Part shown: positions 35,363 to 37,465 of the stretch, in pieces | How positions within the stretch are numbered: the first letter of the stretch is position 1 | Layout: each line of letters opens with the position of its first letter | IMG/VR virus record: IMGVR_UViG_3300033077_000380 | Span: 1-37,465 of that record | Length of the DNA stretch: 37,465 nt | Strand: one strand, 5' to 3' | From: a virus | Taxonomy: Duplodnaviria; Caudoviricetes | Notes under the pieces: generated by a model | Databases searched by the model: none | Told to the model about the DNA's origin: nothing | Seen by the model: the letters and a program-made list of their open reading frames with translations, nothing else | Translations under genes and position numbers: made by a program

Positions 35363-35530
35363 TCAGTCAAAGTTAATGCGTAATTCATCAATATCTACCT
35401 CTATTTCACGGTCATTAGGCATTTTTACCATAGCAGTAGTGGGAAAGTGACCTGATCCTATTACTTCAACAACACATTCACCTTTACTCCACCAACACCA
35501 TTTTTGTAGTTGCACTTTTTGATCTCTCAT
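35363..35530 (-). CDS. 55-aa hypothetical protein (MRDQKVQLQKWCWW...)
   Basis: Translated by hand; 2 nt after the upstream stop. Confidence 0.65.
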   Translation of the reverse strand: MRDQKVQLQKWCWWSKGECVVEVIGSGHFPTTAMVKMPNDREIEVDIDELRINFD

Positions 35531-35532
35531 AA

Positions 35533-35973
35533 TTACCACCCCAACTGATTAAAGCCACTAGCAATACCTACCTTAGTGTGCTTACGTGTTTTCTTTGGTG
35601 ACGCAATCGGATAATCTAATAAACGATAGACACCTGGTGGGTCCTCTTCGCGTTTTCTTTTTTTAACGCCTGATCCAGCAAACCGTTCTACCGTTTCTTT
35701 TGCTAACTGTTCTACAGTTTTAAGTTTGAACGGCATATCAGGGTTAGCATAATACTGTGACACCATGATAGCTTTAAGTCTATGTTCTGGGACTTTATCT
35801 TTATGTAGCTTGATGTAGCCTTTATCAATCAAGCGATGTAGATGGTTGCTCAACTGATCTTTACTTAAGTTAAACGCCTGCATCAACATACGACGTGTTT
35901 GGGGGTTTTCTGCCATAAGATTATACATTGATTCTTTTAGACGTTCATACTTTAATTGTTGTTCATAGCTCAT
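35533..35973 (-). CDS. Winged-HTH protein, putative regulator
   Basis: TRRMLMQAFNLSKDQLSNHLHRLIDKGYI. Confidence 0.7.
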   Translation of the reverse strand: MSYEQQLKYERLKESMYNLMAENPQTRRMLMQAFNLSKDQLSNHLHRLIDKGYIKLHKDKVPEHRLKAIMVSQYYANPDMPFKLKTVEQLAKETVERFAGSGVKKRKREEDPPGVYRLLDYPIASPKKTRKHTKVGIASGFNQLGW

Positions 35974-36190
35974 TTTTTGCCTCTTCCTGTACTTGTGCGC
36001 CTATCTTTTCTAGTACGCCATCGCTTAATAACGTAGTGATGTCAACTGCTGCATCTACTAACTCAATAGCCGTAATGTCAACGTATGTCGCTGCAGGGCT
36101 GTCACCAGTTCCTAGTGGATCACGTTCAACTTCTACATCTGCATAGACATCTAGCTCGATGCCATAAACTTTTACCGTGTATAAACCCAT
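35963..36190 (-). CDS. Small acidic hypothetical protein
   Basis: ORF track; likely start ATG 36190 (GGAG upstream). Confidence 0.7.
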   Translation of the reverse strand: MGLYTVKVYGIELDVYADVEVERDPLGTGDSPAATYVDITAIELVDAAVDITTLLSDGVLEKIGAQVQEEAKNEL

Positions 36191-36312
36191 GATGTTAATT
36201 TTCTCCATAATTTAGTTAAATAACTTGGCTCTTCGTATAAAGGAATCCAAGGCGTAGGGTCTATATGACCGAACTTAAAGTTTTGCTCACTCCAAATCTC
36301 ACGATTGTTCAT
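36172..36312 (-). CDS. 46-aa hypothetical protein
   Basis: Translated by hand (MNNREIWSEQ...); ATGA overlap with the upstream gene; AGGAG RBS. Confidence 0.6.
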   Translation of the reverse strand: MNNREIWSEQNFKFGHIDPTPWIPLYEEPSYLTKLWRKLTSWVYTR

Positions 36313-36503
36313 GGGCGTACTGCTCCTTTCAATATCTCTACACGTTCACGTGCAGCACGTAAGATAGTGTAGCGTTGATGTAAACGTTGTAGCATAGAGA
36401 TACGCTTCTCGCCTTCACGCTCGTTGTCTAACAAAGCTAACACTTCATCCTCGCTTAACGTAGTGAGCTGCGCATTAAGTGTTCGCCAATTCAATCTAGT
36501 CAT
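36309..36503 (-). CDS. Hypothetical protein (RLHQRY motif)
   Basis: ORF track; TAATG overlap. Confidence 0.75.
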   Translation of the reverse strand: MTRLNWRTLNAQLTTLSEDEVLALLDNEREGEKRISMLQRLHQRYTILRAARERVEILKGAVRP

Positions 36504-36658
36504 TAGTAAACCTTTCCTGAAAATACATGTATGTTACCGCCAACGTCTTTTATTTCTACTGTACAGCCGTATCGGTCTTTGTTAACCAATGTGACTGTAT
36601 ATGCGCCTACTATAAAACTTAAAAATAGACATGTCAAGAATATCTTTACATCATTCAT
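36503..36658 (-). CDS. 51-aa protein with N-terminal TM/signal segment
   Basis: Translated by hand (MNDVKIFLTCLFLSFIVGAY...); TAATG overlaps at both ends. Confidence 0.65.
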   Translation of the reverse strand: MNDVKIFLTCLFLSFIVGAYTVTLVNKDRYGCTVEIKDVGGNIHVFSGKVY

Positions 36659-36825
36659 TATGCGTCCTTACTGTTGTCTGGGTATTCGTTTAATTCGTTG
36701 TATAGCTTAATCTCATAGCCGTCAACAATAATGTCGTCATCAAAGTTAACTTCTCTTTGTTTGCAATAAACACATTCTTGCGCTGGCGACTCTGCTTTAC
36801 GTGCTTCATCCACCATACTGGACAT
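36658..36825 (-). CDS. 55-aa acidic hypothetical protein with one CxxC
   Basis: Translated by hand (MSSMVDEARK...CVYC...); GAGGG RBS. Confidence 0.55.
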   Translation of the reverse strand: MSSMVDEARKAESPAQECVYCKQREVNFDDDIIVDGYEIKLYNELNEYPDNSKDA

Positions 36826-36857
36826 AATGTTAGCTATACCCTCATATCATTTATTTT

Positions 36858-36881
36858 GGCGGATGTTTTGGCGGATCTTTT
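36858..36881. repeat. Two further copies of the 12-bp GGCGGATGTTTT repeat
   Basis: GGCGGATGTTTT-GGCGGATCTTTT. Confidence 0.85.
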
Positions 36882-37045
36882 GTTCATCACCAAGACCACC
36901 CATAAATTGAACAAATGGCAAATATTTGCCAAGGTTCAAGAATCAATGGCTTTCCAGCATCCGAGCCTTAATTTTTTGAATTGGCGCATCAACTTTTTCG
37001 GTGCGAACAATGCGTAATTCTGATGGTAGTATTTTTTCTTTCATA

Positions 37046-37180
37046 TCAAAACAACCTTTCTTGTGATGCTTCAGCTTTAATACGTTTGCAAGCGGCTTCA
37101 AAATAATCTGCATCCAATTCACAAGCAACCAAATATCTGATTGGCTTATTTTCATCGTCAATCAATACCCATTTAGCCAT
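37046..37180 (-). pseudogene. 44-aa chimeric ORF carrying the C-terminus of an N4/N6 DNA methyltransferase
   Basis: LVACELDADYFEAACKRIKAEASQERLF matches the typical G.E....Y...A..RI....Q..LF MTase ending; no catalytic or FxGxG motifs. Confidence 0.55.
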
Positions 37181-37465
37181 GATTCTTTTCCTTTAATGCT
37201 TGTTCAAGAATTCTTGCGTGTTTATAAAATCCTAATACACGCAAATTATCGTTTTCTTCAACCCATCCACATTTAGCAAATAACTCTGATAACTCATCAT
37301 CACTTAATCCTTGCCATGATGGTGCAGGGTGGGTGTAGAGTGGAATATCATAACACTGAATATTTCTAGCGCCGTTATCATTTTCTTTTTCATAGTTTGT
37401 AACAACATACCATCCACCACTGCTATTTTCTCTTTTATATAACCACGCCACAGGTTCTTGTGCTT
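37173..37465 (-). CDS. 3' part of the junction-spanning modular protein (starts at 130)
   Basis: QEPVAW...PLYTHPAPSWQGLSDDE...EQALKEKN; shares DNA boxes with 123..692. Confidence 0.85.
   Translation of the reverse strand, partial: AQEPVAWLYKRENSSGGWYVVTNYEKENDNGARNIQCYDIPLYTHPAPSWQGLSDDELSELFAKCGWVEENDNLRVLGFYKHARILEQALKEKNHG

Larger units (their letters stand above)
1..37465. mobile_element. Apparently complete podovirus-like phage genome (P22-type virion module, PolA/primase-helicase replication module)
   Basis: Packaging, head, tail, ejection, lysis and replication genes are all present; no host housekeeping genes; the window end joins the window start in frame. Confidence 0.92.

Noticed and set aside
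36658-37044. TGA recoding suggested by two in-frame TGA codons
   Set aside because: TGA clearly terminates polA, primase, groES, portal and others, often in ATGA overlaps; the standard code fits the genome

Overview
The window looks like a complete 37,465-bp circular (or circularly permuted) genome of a short-tailed dsDNA phage. The last 21 nt join the first 22 nt to rebuild a 43-bp repeat and an intact ORF. Layout: (i) a divergent replication module (SNF2 helicase and VRR-NUC leftward; PD-(D/E)XK/DUF2800 nuclease, putative SSB, family A DNA polymerase and AEP primase-SF3 helicase rightward); (ii) a leftward cluster of small, probably early genes; (iii) a ~600-bp symmetric, repeat-rich non-coding locus (candidate origin/packaging region); (iv) a 23-aa pqqA gene missed by the ORF track; (v) a P22-like morphogenesis operon (TerS, TerL, small basic proteins, GroES, portal, scaffold, an inserted HNH gene, coat, adaptor, gp10-like hub, fibres/tailspike, ejection proteins); (vi) a lysis cassette with an embedded o-spanin, then a metallophosphoesterase; (vii) a leftward accessory region with modular paralogues built from identical DNA boxes. 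I recognised no integrase, repressor, RNA polymerase, tRNA or CRISPR array. The PqqA sequence points to a Methylophilaceae-type methylotroph host (inference). All family calls come from motif recognition by eye; no database search was run.
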